A DNA stretch of 64,000 bases from Chiloscyllium plagiosum (lineage: Eukaryota). A program made the translations under genes and the position numbers. Of this stretch, positions 62,681 through 64,000 are shown in pieces (position 1 is the first letter of the stretch; the number at the start of each line of letters is the position of its first letter). Below the pieces are notes generated by a model, which searched no databases, was not told the origin of the DNA, and was given only the letters and a program-made list of their open reading frames with translations. The stretch spans positions 7,727,438 to 7,791,437 of the forward strand of contig NC_057728.1 in NCBI RefSeq assembly GCF_004010195.1, given 5' to 3'.

Positions 62681-64000
62681 ACCTCTCTCATCAGGCCTTC
62701 ATCTAATGTTGGATTAATGAATTATGCAGATTGATAAGTGTTCATTAGCTACAAACTTTAGTTTTCTAAAGAGAGCTTTGCATTTGTAGCCAAGTGTTAA
62801 TGGCAGAGTATGGTGGCTGAGAGCCTTGGGCCATTTTCAATTAACTGTTTGCTGGTGCGATTGCTGGCAATGTGTCACATGATGGACTGACGGCAAAAGG
62901 AAAACGACCGTTCTCAGCTGGCATGAGGCAGAACATTGATGAAACTCCCACCGTATCACAATAAAAATGAAACTTGCATTACTTCTGTACAATAATTAGC
63001 AGCTGTAAGGTTAGGCCGTACAGGAAAATACAGCCTGTAGGCCCAGGATTGACCATAGCAGTTTGTAAATGGCAGTTCTGATGGAAGTGTGTGATTTGCC
63101 TGTGTTATTAGCATTTTGTTGAAGAGTTTAGATTTAAACCAATTATATAAACTTTTCGTCCTGCAAATAATCACTCACCCTGTACCTCGCACAGTGACCT
63201 ACTAGCAAAATCTCCATAACACTAGAGCAAAGGTCAAGATAAGAGTGGTTTTTTGCAGAGGGATTTAATAATTAACTGAGTTTTTTTTTGGTACTGTGAT
63301 TTTTAAACCTTTGTGCATCAGAGTTAATGTAAGTTTGTTTATGACAACAAGAGAGGAAACATTGGAGGACATGAGCTTCTAGGTTTTGGAATAATTGCTT
63401 TTAGCAAAGGAAAACCAAGAAATGGCAAAATGTTTGGGTTCGGTTGAAAGGAAGTCTGACTGAGGTCAGATGTGAGGATAGTTTTCTCCTGGAGAAAAGA
63501 TTTCCTACAAAACAACTAAGGGAATAAATTAAAAGGCAACCAGTCGTGTCCCTCTAATGTGAGAGCAGCCCTATTGTTCGGTAAGACTGTGGCAACTTTA
63601 TGTTTTATCGCACGGTTGACTTTTGTGAAAATGGATGGGAATTGAAAAGTGCAGTTTGATGGTATCATAATCTCTAACATCCTTGTGAGGGGTCATGTTG
63701 TGATTTGCAAACTGAAAGATTACTGTGAATTTTTTTAGTGGTGTGGCTGGAGAAGAAGTCAGAATTTCTCGTTGTTTTAAGAGATACGTTCAGGTTCAGC
63801 TGAGAATATTTGGAATGGAGCTTACAGGACAGAACATGGGCACATATCTCAGTCATCATTGGGCTGTTCCTGAACAAGTGGTCACATCTTCCTTGGTGCA
63901 TCCTCAAGAATGCTGTGCAGTTTTGGTATGGAATGCCGGAGTCTGGGACTTCACTTAGGTCCGTTAACAGATTGCAAACATCACCAACTGCAGTCAACCA

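Overview
Eukaryotic, repeat-rich, apparently non-coding DNA (intron or gene desert). The repeat set (V-domain HE1-like tRNA SINEs, Deu-domain SINEs, CR1/HER1-like LINEs, Penelope-like elements) points to a cartilaginous fish, probably a shark (inference). I found no intact protein-coding gene. Recognisable ORFs are decayed transposon pieces: CR1 RT, a Penelope GIY-YIG endonuclease, a Rex1/Babar C-terminus and probable Harbinger Myb/SANT and transposase remnants. The most notable signal is a set of short Penelope-derived insertions from about five sequence families. Several are perfect hairpins with 8-18 bp target-site duplications, and each family carries a minimal hammerhead-ribozyme motif (CUGANGA-helix II-GAAA-palindromic helix III) with compensatory changes between families. 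Two insertions begin at the predicted cleavage site. Also present: a perfect 30-bp polypyrimidine minisatellite, an exact 200-bp tandem duplication, a 92-bp inverted duplication, a candidate non-coding exon and several repeat-free CNE-like islands. Repeat family names come from recalled consensus motifs, not a database search; boundaries of old repeats are approximate.
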